Origin: Polyangiaceae bacterium
GTDB lineage: Bacteria; Myxococcota_A; Polyangia; Polyangiales; Polyangiaceae
Assembly (NCBI GenBank): GCA_965222375.1
Contig: CBDCTZ010000016.1
Span: 544,001 to 608,000 of the forward strand
Reading direction: 5' to 3'
Length of the DNA: 64,000 nucleotides
Shown here: positions 28,820 to 38,116 of the stretch, one piece after another
How the letters are laid out: each line of letters opens with the position of its first letter
How positions within the stretch are numbered: position 1 is the first letter of the stretch
Notes under the pieces: generated by a model
What the model was told of the DNA's origin: nothing
What the model saw: the letters and a program-made list of their open reading frames with translations, nothing else
Databases searched by the model: none
Position numbers and translations under genes: made by a program

Positions 28820-30106
28820 ATGCTTGTGAATGCTCAGCGGGTTGCGGCCTGTGCGTTGGCGTTCGGCCTCAGCGCCTGCGGCGACTCGGACAGTTCGTCG
28901 CCGGGCGGAAACACCGGCGGCGTATCCGGTAGCAGCGGCGCGTCGGGGAGCAGTGGCTCGTCGGGCAGCGGCGGAGCTGCCGGCGGCGGCGCTGGGGCGG
29001 CCGGCGCGAGTGGCAGCGCCGGAGCCGCTGGTGCCGGCGGGAGTGCTGGAGCAGGCGGCGCCGGCGGTGGTGCGGGCACGCCAGGTTGGACCAAGCCCGC
29101 TTGCAGCTCGGTGAAGGGGACCTGGGCGGTGAGGTTCACTTCGGACGAAGGAGCGACACTGTCTCCGGGCGACGGAGCCCTGGGCGGCGTGGCATACACG
29201 TGGGGGCTTGCTGCCCTCGATACGCCCAATGTGCTGATCGCGGAGCACGCGGGCAAAGTGCTGCGCTCCACTGACGCCGGTTGCAGCTTCAAGGAGCTCG
29301 GAGCCGCGCCCGCGTCGCCCACGCGCTTGCACGCCGGCGAGGGTGGGCGCGCCTATGGGTACTCGGTAAACGGCAATGCGCTCTACTTGGTACAGGGGGC
29401 CTTGATCAAATTGCTCAAGTCACCTGCCAACAGCTTGGTCGGGCTCACGACATCGAAGGCGGACGGCGCGTGGTTGCGCCTAGCCGACAACGGCGGCCAG
29501 TTGTGGGACTCCAAGGACGCAGGCTCGAGCTTCACCAAGGTAGGTCTGCCCGCGCCGAAGAAGTGCTTCTACACGGTCGCGTTCGATCCAAACGACATGG
29601 ACCATGCGGTTTGCGGCACGATCACCGAAGGCACCTTCGTGACCTTTGATGGCGGCAAGAGCTGGGCGGCATCCGAAGGAGATGCCAACTACGCCAACAT
29701 GTTCTCGATCAGCGTTTCACCGGCAAACGGCAACGTGGTGTGGACCGAAGGTTTTCAGCTCGGGTGGCACAACGGCCAGCAGATCGGGCCGGAGGGGCGG
29801 CGCATTTGGCGGTCAACGGACGGCGGAAAGAACTTCAGCGTCGTAGTAGAGGCCAAAAAGACCACCGCGAAACTCGTGAATGGCAACCTGTTGGCGGCCC
29901 ACCCCACGGACGAAGGCGTGCTCTATTTTACGTTTGGCACGCCACCAGTCGGAGGCCTGAGCAGCGAGTCTTTCCTCTACCACTTGGACAAGTCCGGCAG
30001 CGTGACCGAAAGGAAGACCGCAGGCATCGATAGCTTCGATGCAATCGTGTTTTCACCAGCGTCGCCGGGTTTCATCTACCTAGGCGTCTCCTCGGAGCGA
30101 CCCTGA
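28820..30106 (+). CDS. Lipoprotein homologous to dispase autolysis-inducing protein (DAIP); BNR-repeat beta-propeller
   Basis: LSAC lipobox, Gly linker, then GWTKPAC..FTSDEGATL..YTWGLAALDTPN..RSTDAGC..FDPNDMDHAV..EGRRIWRSTDGG, colinear with Streptomyces DAIP as recalled. Confidence 0.82.
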   Translation: MLVNAQRVAACALAFGLSACGDSDSSSPGGNTGGVSGSSGASGSSGSSGSGGAAGGGAGAAGASGSAGAAGAGGSAGAGGAGGGAGTPGWTKPACSSVKGTWAVRFTSDEGATLSPGDGALGGVAYTWGLAALDTPNVLIAEHAGKVLRSTDAGCSFKELGAAPASPTRLHAGEGGRAYGYSVNGNALYLVQGALIKLLKSPANSLVGLTTSKADGAWLRLADNGGQLWDSKDAGSSFTKVGLPAPKKCFYTVAFDPNDMDHAVCGTITEGTFVTFDGGKSWAASEGDANYANMFSISVSPANGNVVWTEGFQLGWHNGQQIGPEGRRIWRSTDGGKNFSVVVEAKKTTAKLVNGNLLAAHPTDEGVLYFTFGTPPVGGLSSESFLYHLDKSGSVTERKTAGIDSFDAIVFSPASPGFIYLGVSSERP

Positions 30107-30144
30107 CTCAACCGTCCAACGTTGCTCATTCGAGAGCGGGTTGA

Positions 30145-30723
30145 CGCCGCCAACGGGAGTGCGGCGTCGCGACCTTCGCGGTTGCCGGGTGCGGGGGAGA
30201 CGACGGTGCAGCGAGCCCTGGCAGCGGAGGGAGCGGCGGCAGTTCAGGTTCTGCGGGCGCCGCCGGCTCCGGCAATGCCGCAGGGTCCGCTGGATTGGGC
30301 GGGAATGCCGGAAGCGCCACGGGTGGGACCGGAGCGGGCGGCGCAGATGGCCAGGCGGGCGCGGGTACCTTCGTCAACTTGGACTTCCCGAGCAGCATCG
30401 TCGCCTACGGCAATCTGAACGTCGGCTACGGTATTCACGGGCCCAAGGGTGCCACCGACGAGGCGCAGTTTGCCGCTGCCAGCGATGGGAACTCATCCCT
30501 GGAAGGCAACGTCATCGCCCGGGTGCAGGGCTCAGCCAACCAGTATCCGTCCGGCAAGAACACGGCGCTCAAACAGGACTTCACCGCGCTCGGATTCGTC
30601 GACTACGCATCAGGCAATTACGAGCTGATGGCCTCGAGCCCGTACTACAAGTCAGGCTTGGGGGGCGTGACCCCGGGCGCGGACTACAAAACGGTCATGA
30701 AAATGACTGCAGGAGTGCGCTAG
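30145..30723 (+). pseudogene. Lipoprotein remnant: Gly linker fused to the C-terminal end of a beta-helix-type protein
   Basis: FAVAGC-GGDD has no in-frame start (TGA at 30142); then QYPSG..GFVDYASGNYEL..SSPY..PGAD. Confidence 0.6.
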
Positions 30724-30733
30724 CCTTCGCTCC

Positions 30734-31216
30734 GTGCCGGCACCGCTGCCCTATCACTTCGAGATCTGCTCCGAACTCGAAGCGTCACCTGCCGAGGTGT
30801 GGCAGACAGTGACGGAACTGGACCGAGTCAACGACGAGTTGCGGCCCTGGTTGCGCATGACGTCGCCTGAGTCTGGCCTGTCCTTGAGCGACGAACGCGT
30901 CGTACTCGGCAAGCGCTTGTTCCGGAGTTGGATCTTGGCCTTCGGGCTCCTGCCGCTGGACTACGACGACGTCGTGCTCGAATCTGTCGATCCAGGGCGA
31001 AGTTTCAACGAACGTTCCAGCATGCTCACCCAGCGGGCCTGGCACCACGACAGGGAGCTCGAGCCCTGCGCGGCTGGCACTCGGATCACGGACCGACTCT
31101 CTTGGGCTCCACGCGTGCCGGGTGCGGGCGCAATCTTTAGCGTCGTGGTGCCGCGACTGTTTGGCTGGCGCCACCGCCAACTGCGACGGCGCTTCGGCGG
31201 ACGGCTCCTGGGTTGA
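30734..31216 (+). CDS. SRPBCC-fold protein
   Basis: ASPAEVW, VNDELRPWLRMT, WHHDREL, GTRITD, LFGWRH. Confidence 0.8.
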   Translation: MPAPLPYHFEICSELEASPAEVWQTVTELDRVNDELRPWLRMTSPESGLSLSDERVVLGKRLFRSWILAFGLLPLDYDDVVLESVDPGRSFNERSSMLTQRAWHHDRELEPCAAGTRITDRLSWAPRVPGAGAIFSVVVPRLFGWRHRQLRRRFGGRLLG

Positions 31217-31222
31217 CTTACG

Positions 31223-31618
31223 TCAGTCGTTCAAGGTCTTGGTGAGCAACAACACCACGTCGTAGGTCGTGAAGATCCCCGACACTTTGGTGCCGTCCAT
31301 GATCAACACCGAGCCGTATTTGTGCTCAGTCATCTCCTGCAACACATCCAGAAGCGGCGTCTTGGAGCTGGCGGTGTAGGGGACCGCGGTCATCGCTTCT
31401 TCGACCTTGGTGTTGTCCGGGTTCACGTCATTGAGGCCCGCGACGAGGCCCAGGTCCCGATCGCTCACGACACCAACCAGGCGCCCTCCGCGCAGAACCG
31501 GCAGGTGGCGGATCTTGTGTTCCTGCATGTGATCGAGGGCAAAGGAGATGGTTTGCTCGGTGCCCACGGTGTGCACCAGCCGTGTCATGCAATCGCCTAC
31601 GGTCGTGTTTTTGTCCAC
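31223..31618 (-). CDS. CBS domain protein
   Basis: IRHLPV, LVGVVSDRD, GIFTTYD. Confidence 0.92.
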   Translation of the reverse strand: MDKNTTVGDCMTRLVHTVGTEQTISFALDHMQEHKIRHLPVLRGGRLVGVVSDRDLGLVAGLNDVNPDNTKVEEAMTAVPYTASSKTPLLDVLQEMTEHKYGSVLIMDGTKVSGIFTTYDVVLLLTKTLND

Positions 31619-31680
31619 GGCGCTGACGCTAGCACTTTTGCCTATGGACCGCCCGAGTTCCGCGAACGCCCAATGGCTCC

Positions 31681-32247
31681 TCAGCCCGGAGGGGCGTCGG
31701 ACGAAGCGTCGGCTACGGCATCCGCAGCAGAACCGTCGCTACTTGCGTCCCCCGCGTCTCCACCGTCCACGCCGCCATCAGTGCAGATCGGCGGTAGCGG
31801 GACACAGAGGCATTTGGGCGAACACACGATGTCCCCTGGCTTCACCGCGTCACTCGTGCACAGGAGACACGCGAAGGGGTTGGGGCAAAACCCAATCATG
31901 AAGGGCCCGCTCTGGCTGGCGATATCCGCTTCGGTCACGCACGGACCAAAGCCCGACGGATCTCCCGCGTCTCCTGCGTCCACGGCGCCATCGCTCGATG
32001 CGTCGGTGCTTGCGTCGAAGCTTGCGTCGCTCGTCGTTCCACCCGTGCCGCTGACTCCGCCACTGCCCCCGGAACTCGTTACGCCTCCCGAACCGACTGT
32101 GCCGCCGGTACCGGTGAATCCGCCCAGGCCAATTCCCCCACCGACGCCCGAGTCTTGATTCGCCCCGAGTTCGTCCTCTGTGGTGGCGCAGCCGATAGCG
32201 ATTCCAGACCCCAGTGCAAACGCAAACGTGAGAGCCAGGCCCCGCAT
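31681..32247 (-). CDS. Gly-linker Cys-containing lipoprotein
   Basis: IAIGC lipobox; Gly and DAS linkers around a small Cys domain. Confidence 0.78.
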   Translation of the reverse strand: MRGLALTFAFALGSGIAIGCATTEDELGANQDSGVGGGIGLGGFTGTGGTVGSGGVTSSGGSGGVSGTGGTTSDASFDASTDASSDGAVDAGDAGDPSGFGPCVTEADIASQSGPFMIGFCPNPFACLLCTSDAVKPGDIVCSPKCLCVPLPPICTDGGVDGGDAGDASSDGSAADAVADASSDAPPG

Positions 32248-32462
32248 GTGCAAAGATGTACCACGGAGTGAGCGCCCGCGCCGCCCGGTTTTCCGTGCTC
32301 GGACTTGACGCTGAGCTAGTGCCGAGGCCCGGGGTGCCTGGGTGAAGGCTGGCTGCGGACCGTATCCCTGTGGCGCAGCTCGCTTCGCCGGTACGAAGGG
32401 CGCGCGCGACGCTGGCCGGGACCTGCAAGTGGCAGTGATGCCCTCCCGCTTTCGACGAGAAC

Positions 32463-34298
32463 TCAGTAGCCGAGCACCGGGTCCACGCTCGCGGCAGAAG
32501 GCGCGGAACCCTTGTCGTCGTAGGGGTTGTCACTCGGCTCCCCACCGGCGCCGACATTGGCATCGGGGCGATCCAGTATGCTCGTGCCATCTATCGGCTT
32601 TCCACTGGGATCCAGCGCCGCTCTTGGTGGCCTCGAACCTCCTCGCTTCGGGCGCCTCGCCGCCTTGGACGCTGCATCCGCGGCCGCGCCCGCCTCGATG
32701 TTGGCGTCCTTTTCCTGCGCGGCGGCACCTGCCGTCACCGGCGCCGCAGGCACCTGCATGGCTTCGGTGTCTGACTGTTCTTGCTGCCTGAGAAACGCGA
32801 AAACACCAAGTGTGACGGCGCCGAGAAGGGCGAATACGACGAAGAGGATCAATCCCCAACGGCGGCGTCGCGGTGGTGGCATGAAGATGTCTTCGTTGCT
32901 CGCCGTCGAGAGGATCGGGCCCTCCGGGATCTGCGGCTTTGCTTCGACTGCTTGAGCTGGCGCTGGCGCGGCCGAAGCCCCCGCTTGTCGTAGCGCCGAT
33001 GCCAGGTCGCCAGCGACCTCAGGGGGCTGCTCTGCGTCGCCAGGCGGGCTGGGCTGCTCCGTCGGCGGCTGCACCGCGTCCGCACCCTCTTGAGCCTTGT
33101 TGACCAACAGGATCGGAGTTGTGCCCATGGCAGAGCGCGGCGGGCCCAAGCGCGCAGAGGCTGGGACTTCGACGCGCATGGGCGCGGCCTTCGATGCGCC
33201 GTCGAGCAAGGAATCGATGGCCCGGGCGGAGTCCGATCGGGAATCTGGCTTGCTCTCGGGTGGCACGAACGCCGCTAGCCCCATCAGGCGCGGTGCCTTC
33301 GGGATCACTACCGGCGCCTGGGATTCCGTTCCTGCGACTGTGGGTCTCCAGGAGTCTACCGATACGTGGCCCTTCACGATCGAGCCGCGTTGCTTCTCGA
33401 GGACGTCCGTCGCCAGCCCGTTCATCAATCGCACCAGCTCGCCAGAACCTCGTTTCGCACGCACAGCCGCGAGCGCGTCGGATAGTGCTTGGACCGTGGG
33501 AAAGCGCTTGCCCGGGTCGGGACGAATCGCTTGCATCACAACCTCTTTGAGCAGCGCTGGTACGTCCGCCCCAACGCGATCGAGGCGTGGTGCGGCGCCC
33601 GCCACCACCTTGTTGCGAATGCTCGCTGGCAATGCGCCTGGCTCGTTCTGTCCGAATGCGTCGTTCCCGCTGAGCAGCTCCCACAGCATCACGCCAATGG
33701 AGAACACCGCAGCGCTGTGGGTGGCACTGGTGTGTCCGAGCTCGGGCGCTCGGTAGGCGAGCAAACTCGGGACGCCCAGGCTCGGCTCAAAGCCAACGAC
33801 GCCGACGTCGGCGATAAGAGCGTCGTCCCCACTCGTTATGACAATCGTCTCGGGGTTCAGCCCTCCAAAGACCCAAGGAGGATCCGAGCCAGCACACATC
33901 TCCTCCAATGCGACAATGCCACGGGCCAGCTCTTCGCCCAGCCGAAGAACCGCTGAAGTCGGCACTCGGATGCGTCGATCCTGAGCACGGTGCATCAGCA
34001 AGGCGAGCGGGACCCCCTCGACGTATTCGGTCGCGATGACGAGATCGCTCAACCCGCGCTCGACGTCCATAACCGCGAGCAAGCGCGGATGGTGATGCAC
34101 CTTCGCGCGCTCCGCCGAAACCGCCAACGCGTCCAATAGCTTTGCATTCCATGGCGCCAAGTCCCGCAACTGGCGCAGCAAGACCACGCGGCCCTTGCCT
34201 TGGCCGACGCTTAGATCCCCAAGGTTGCCCCTGGAGAGCTCGGCGACGGACTTGTATTTGCGCTTCGAATCGACCACGGCGGAGGCGTCAATGTACAT
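32463..34298 (-). CDS. Membrane-anchored Ser/Thr pseudokinase
   Basis: Kinase fold (EYVEG, YRAPE, FSIGVMLWELL) with degenerate VAIK, HRD and DFG motifs; TM RRRRWGLILFVV. Confidence 0.82.
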   Translation of the reverse strand: MYIDASAVVDSKRKYKSVAELSRGNLGDLSVGQGKGRVVLLRQLRDLAPWNAKLLDALAVSAERAKVHHHPRLLAVMDVERGLSDLVIATEYVEGVPLALLMHRAQDRRIRVPTSAVLRLGEELARGIVALEEMCAGSDPPWVFGGLNPETIVITSGDDALIADVGVVGFEPSLGVPSLLAYRAPELGHTSATHSAAVFSIGVMLWELLSGNDAFGQNEPGALPASIRNKVVAGAAPRLDRVGADVPALLKEVVMQAIRPDPGKRFPTVQALSDALAAVRAKRGSGELVRLMNGLATDVLEKQRGSIVKGHVSVDSWRPTVAGTESQAPVVIPKAPRLMGLAAFVPPESKPDSRSDSARAIDSLLDGASKAAPMRVEVPASARLGPPRSAMGTTPILLVNKAQEGADAVQPPTEQPSPPGDAEQPPEVAGDLASALRQAGASAAPAPAQAVEAKPQIPEGPILSTASNEDIFMPPPRRRRWGLILFVVFALLGAVTLGVFAFLRQQEQSDTEAMQVPAAPVTAGAAAQEKDANIEAGAAADAASKAARRPKRGGSRPPRAALDPSGKPIDGTSILDRPDANVGAGGEPSDNPYDDKGSAPSAASVDPVLGY

Positions 34299-34349
34299 CC
34301 ATTCTCACCGCCTTTGGCACTACCCAATCTGCACTAGTATTGTTCACGC

Positions 34350-35441
34350 ATGTCCGGCGACGACGATGGTGGCGAAGGCCTTCAATTCCTACGCAAGCTA
34401 GGCGTGCCCCAGGGCATGGATCAGTTGGCGCTGACCTTCGGGATTGCAGGCATCGCCCTAGTCGGTTTGGCGGCCTACAAGGGAGGTGAATGGATTCGCA
34501 TCCTGCGTGGAGGGATGTCCGACGAAGCACACATCGTGGAGTTTTGGGACGGCGAGCCACCGCTCATCGCGGACATCAATGCAGACGGGCAGGAGGAGAT
34601 CGTTGGCACCTACGCCGGAAAGGGTGGGATCTACCTTGGCGCCTTTGACGGCAAGACCGGCGAGATCCGTTGGCGCTACGGTCCCATCAACATCAGCCGC
34701 GCGGCCAATGGTGGACTCATACAATTCGGTCGGCAGGGTGACCTGCTACTGGTGAACGAGAAAACCAAAGGAAAGATCGTCAGCCTGAAGGACGGAAGAG
34801 AAGTAGCACAGGTCGCGCTCCCGAGCGCCCGTGAAGTGTGCGCGAGCAAGGAACCCGGCGGCCCGCTTCCCGTCGCGACGAGCTCGGCATTGAAGTTCCT
34901 CGAAGTCGACTTGGCGTCACGCAAGGTCGTCGAGTCTGCGGGCCGGCGTCCCTGTGATCGACCGATGGCCAACTCGCGCATCATCGACAAGTACACGACA
35001 CCGCAAGCCCCAGCATCCAGCCGGTGGGCGCTGAGATCAGGTGAGTACATGCTCGTGCACAGCTACGACAAGGCGCAGGCAGAGGAATCCCTGGAGTTAC
35101 GGCCGATTGGCGGCGGCACTCCGCTTTGGAAAGTGACGCCTTTCCCCAAGAATCCAAAGAAGCATCCCACGGCAGGAAACGTGCGGCTCGCAGACATCGC
35201 GGGAGGGCGGGTCTACGTGAGCCACTTCGTGTTCAAGACGCCCCTCGAGCAACGCGTGTTGTGTTTGGATCTGAAGACAGGTGAAGAAAAGTGGCGCGTC
35301 CCCATCGACTCTCCCGGCAGCATGCTCAAGAACCTGACCGCGACGGAAAGTCGCGTCTACGTTGCCCTGGGTGACTACCTTGTCGTGCTCGATGCTGACA
35401 CGGGCAAAGTCGTTCTGGACCTGGGCCAGGGTCGGGAATGA
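34350..35441 (+). CDS. PQQ-like beta-propeller protein with N-terminal TM
   Basis: AFDGKTGEIRW, CLDLKTGEEKW, LDADTG. Confidence 0.85.
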   Translation: MSGDDDGGEGLQFLRKLGVPQGMDQLALTFGIAGIALVGLAAYKGGEWIRILRGGMSDEAHIVEFWDGEPPLIADINADGQEEIVGTYAGKGGIYLGAFDGKTGEIRWRYGPINISRAANGGLIQFGRQGDLLLVNEKTKGKIVSLKDGREVAQVALPSAREVCASKEPGGPLPVATSSALKFLEVDLASRKVVESAGRRPCDRPMANSRIIDKYTTPQAPASSRWALRSGEYMLVHSYDKAQAEESLELRPIGGGTPLWKVTPFPKNPKKHPTAGNVRLADIAGGRVYVSHFVFKTPLEQRVLCLDLKTGEEKWRVPIDSPGSMLKNLTATESRVYVALGDYLVVLDADTGKVVLDLGQGRE

Positions 35442-35489
35442 ACCCGCGGGGAGCACGATTGCGCGCCTCTTGCCATGAAGTGGCTTGTG

Positions 35490-35864
35490 TCAACGTTTGA
35501 GGGACGCTTGGAGTGCCTTCAGGTCTTCCATCTTTTTCTCGAGCAAACTCTCGAGGGCGGACGTCAGTGCTGCCGCGAGTTCCGCATCGCCAAAGCCTGT
35601 CGACGACATCACCTCATCGTAGAGTCGTTTTGTGGGTTCATCGACCTTCAGAGCGATCGAACGTCCAGACAAGTAGTCATCCAGTAACTCGCGAATCACG
35701 CCGGATACGTTGGGTTCTTGACTGAGGAGCTCATCGTGTTGCACCTCCGGCAACGTGATGTTCACGCGACGCCCTGGACCTGGGATCGCCGTGCGGTTCG
35801 GCGGTTCAGGGTCTGACAGGGTCCCCATGCGGCGGGTGGTCTTGCGAGTGCGCATACTGCACAC
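35490..35864 (-). CDS. Small protein, possible ribbon-helix-helix
   Basis: RVNITL...NVSGVIRELLDDYL; start uncertain. Confidence 0.6.
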   Translation of the reverse strand: MCSMRTRKTTRRMGTLSDPEPPNRTAIPGPGRRVNITLPEVQHDELLSQEPNVSGVIRELLDDYLSGRSIALKVDEPTKRLYDEVMSSTGFGDAELAAALTSALESLLEKKMEDLKALQASLKR

Positions 35865-35879
35865 TAATACACATCGCAG

Positions 35880-36117
35880 GGCCTGGGATCAGTATGAGTG
35901 GCTAGCTCAAGGCACGAGGATCAACTTGCCCTTGAACGCCGCGCGCGAGATGTACCGCATTCCGGATGGATTCGAGGCAGTGGCCGCACTCGCCGTCGGG
36001 TACCCAAGCCAAGTAGACCAACTACCCGAACCGTTGCACGAGCGGGAGCAAGCACCGCGCTTGCGTCGTCCCCAATCAGAGTTCGTATTCCAAGGTGACC
36101 GGGGCACGCCGCTTTGA
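35880..36117 (+). pseudogene. Nitroreductase family C-terminal fragment
   Basis: AREMYRIPDGFEAVAALAVGYP..LPEPLHEREQAPRLRRP..FVF; N-half absent. Confidence 0.72.
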
Positions 36118-36125
36118 GCCCTGCG

Positions 36126-36842
36126 TCACTGAATGTCGCTGAAGTCCGGTAAGCTTCCGAAGTTGAAATTGACACCGGCCATGTAGGTCAGTGCTTTGCT
36201 GTCGCCGAAGTTTCTCATCACGGTGACTTCTGGGTGCACTGCGAATTTCTTGGAAGCGCGAATGTTGAGCCCGAGGCCGATACGCCCGAATAACCCGTCA
36301 GTGGTGGTTGCGCGCTCGCGGTCACTATCGGCGATGAGGTCTGTACTAACCAATGCGTACACGACACCGGGCGTCAACACGAAGGAAAGGGTTTCGGACA
36401 CATTGAAGTCGATCAGCAGCGGCCCATGGAAGTAGAAGACGTTGAGGGATTCGTTGTTGGAGCCCGTGCCAATGGTCACGTTGTACCACTGCACGCCGGG
36501 ATCCAACGCCAGGTCGAGCCGGCCTTTGAAGAGGTTTACCTTCGCGTCGAAGGCTAGGGACGACATGTTGTTGACGTGAAACCCCAAGTCCACCCGGTCG
36601 GCGACGCCCCAGCGAAGGTGATACGAAGGTGGCAAGGGAACGAAGAACTGGATGTCAGTGGTTCGTGTCGTGCCGCTTGAATCTGTGGTCTCCGTTTCGG
36701 CGTTGAACCCCCACCCCTCGGCAGAAATGCCATGGTTGATTGTGCCCTTTGGCGTCGTACGGGCGGTTCCGTAGGTATTGACGTTGGGGCAGCCGGATAG
36801 CAGGACGGGAAGCAAGAGGAGGGGCGCTGTGCGTAGACGCAT
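36126..36842 (-). CDS. Lipoprotein with outer-membrane beta-barrel-like region
   Basis: LLSGC lipobox; YGTART; amphipathic beta strands (RWGVADRVDLG, FAVHPEV, GVNFNFG). Confidence 0.78.
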   Translation of the reverse strand: MRLRTAPLLLLPVLLSGCPNVNTYGTARTTPKGTINHGISAEGWGFNAETETTDSSGTTRTTDIQFFVPLPPSYHLRWGVADRVDLGFHVNNMSSLAFDAKVNLFKGRLDLALDPGVQWYNVTIGTGSNNESLNVFYFHGPLLIDFNVSETLSFVLTPGVVYALVSTDLIADSDRERATTTDGLFGRIGLGLNIRASKKFAVHPEVTVMRNFGDSKALTYMAGVNFNFGSLPDFSDIQ

Positions 36843-36985
36843 CGACTAAGCCTACGCGCACGCGCTGGTCTGCCTTCCTCGGTGGGGCCCAGCGGCTCCA
36901 ATTTTGGGGCAAATAGCGGAGCCCTGGCCACGTAGCCGTGCCACGCCAGCTCTGGCAGTCTGCGGGACACGTGAACTCGAACCTC

Positions 36986-38095
36986 ATGCAGTCCGGCGCC
37001 ATCGTGCTCGTGGCGATACTCTTCGGTGTCCTGGGGAGGCGGTGGAAGCGCGACGACGTCGTGTTCCACATCGTGATCCTGCTGCTGCTCCTGCTGCCGA
37101 GCATCTGGGTGCCCCAGTTGGCGCGCGACATCGTACTGTCGCTGATCGTTGGCGCGATCATGTCCTTCGCGGGCGATAGCGGTTTCGGCAAACTTGCTTG
37201 GGCAACCGCCAGTGGCGGGATCCTGTTCGCGCTGACTCAAGTTGTGCCCGGTGGTGCGACTGTGCTGCTGGCCGGCCTGACGTTGATTCTGCTTGGGTTC
37301 TTTGGCCACGAGACATGGGTCCACTGGAAGCGCATTTCCGCGGCTGAAGCATTGAAGCCGAACGACAAGACCAAGCAGGAAGTCGAAATCGGAGGGATCG
37401 CGCGTCGGCTAGCGCGAGTGGACTTGCCAGACGGCTACGACGAGCCGAACGCGGCGGCCTGGCGCGCCTTTGATGACGACAGCCGCCACGGTCCGGCGCT
37501 GCTGAGCCTGGAGACACCCGCCGGAGCCGTCATGATCGAGATGGGGTCCATCGCGATTCAAGACGCGCGCTACGCTCACCCCACCGACACCGACGACGCC
37601 GCTGCCAAAACAGAAGATGCCGAAGCTGCGAACGAAGCTGACGAGGCTGACGGCGCGGACAAACCAGGCGGCGCGAACAAGCTGGACGCGGACGATGTGC
37701 ATGACGCCGACGGCGTGGACAAAGACGACACAGAATCCGGCGACTCACAAGACGCCGACAGCCCTGCCGACGAGGAAGAAGCGTCCAGCAACGGCGAAGA
37801 CCAAGGGAGTTCAGACCCCGTTCTCGATGCGGATACCTCCAAGATGTTGATCGTCGTGGAGGAGGGCAAGGACGTCTATGTGATCGGAACCCCCAAGTGG
37901 ACGCGGGCACCCAAGGGCATGAGCGGTTACCGCGACGCGCCCGTAGTGCCCGTCTTTGGCGAGGGTGCGACGCTGTATCTAGTGTCTGAGAACGAGATGG
38001 ACGCGCGGACCAAGTGGCACTTGGCGCTTGCCTTTGGCTTTTCGGCGGCGTGTATCATCGTCGCGACGGCACAGGTCCTGGAGCGATTCCTGTAG
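36986..38095 (+). CDS. Membrane protein with a long acidic insertion
   Basis: N-terminal TM cluster; D/E-rich ~90-aa stretch; GYRD; C-terminal TM. Confidence 0.78.
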   Translation: MQSGAIVLVAILFGVLGRRWKRDDVVFHIVILLLLLLPSIWVPQLARDIVLSLIVGAIMSFAGDSGFGKLAWATASGGILFALTQVVPGGATVLLAGLTLILLGFFGHETWVHWKRISAAEALKPNDKTKQEVEIGGIARRLARVDLPDGYDEPNAAAWRAFDDDSRHGPALLSLETPAGAVMIEMGSIAIQDARYAHPTDTDDAAAKTEDAEAANEADEADGADKPGGANKLDADDVHDADGVDKDDTESGDSQDADSPADEEEASSNGEDQGSSDPVLDADTSKMLIVVEEGKDVYVIGTPKWTRAPKGMSGYRDAPVVPVFGEGATLYLVSENEMDARTKWHLALAFGFSAACIIVATAQVLERFL

Positions 38096-38116
38096 GTCGT
38101 GCCGTAGCGTCGAACC

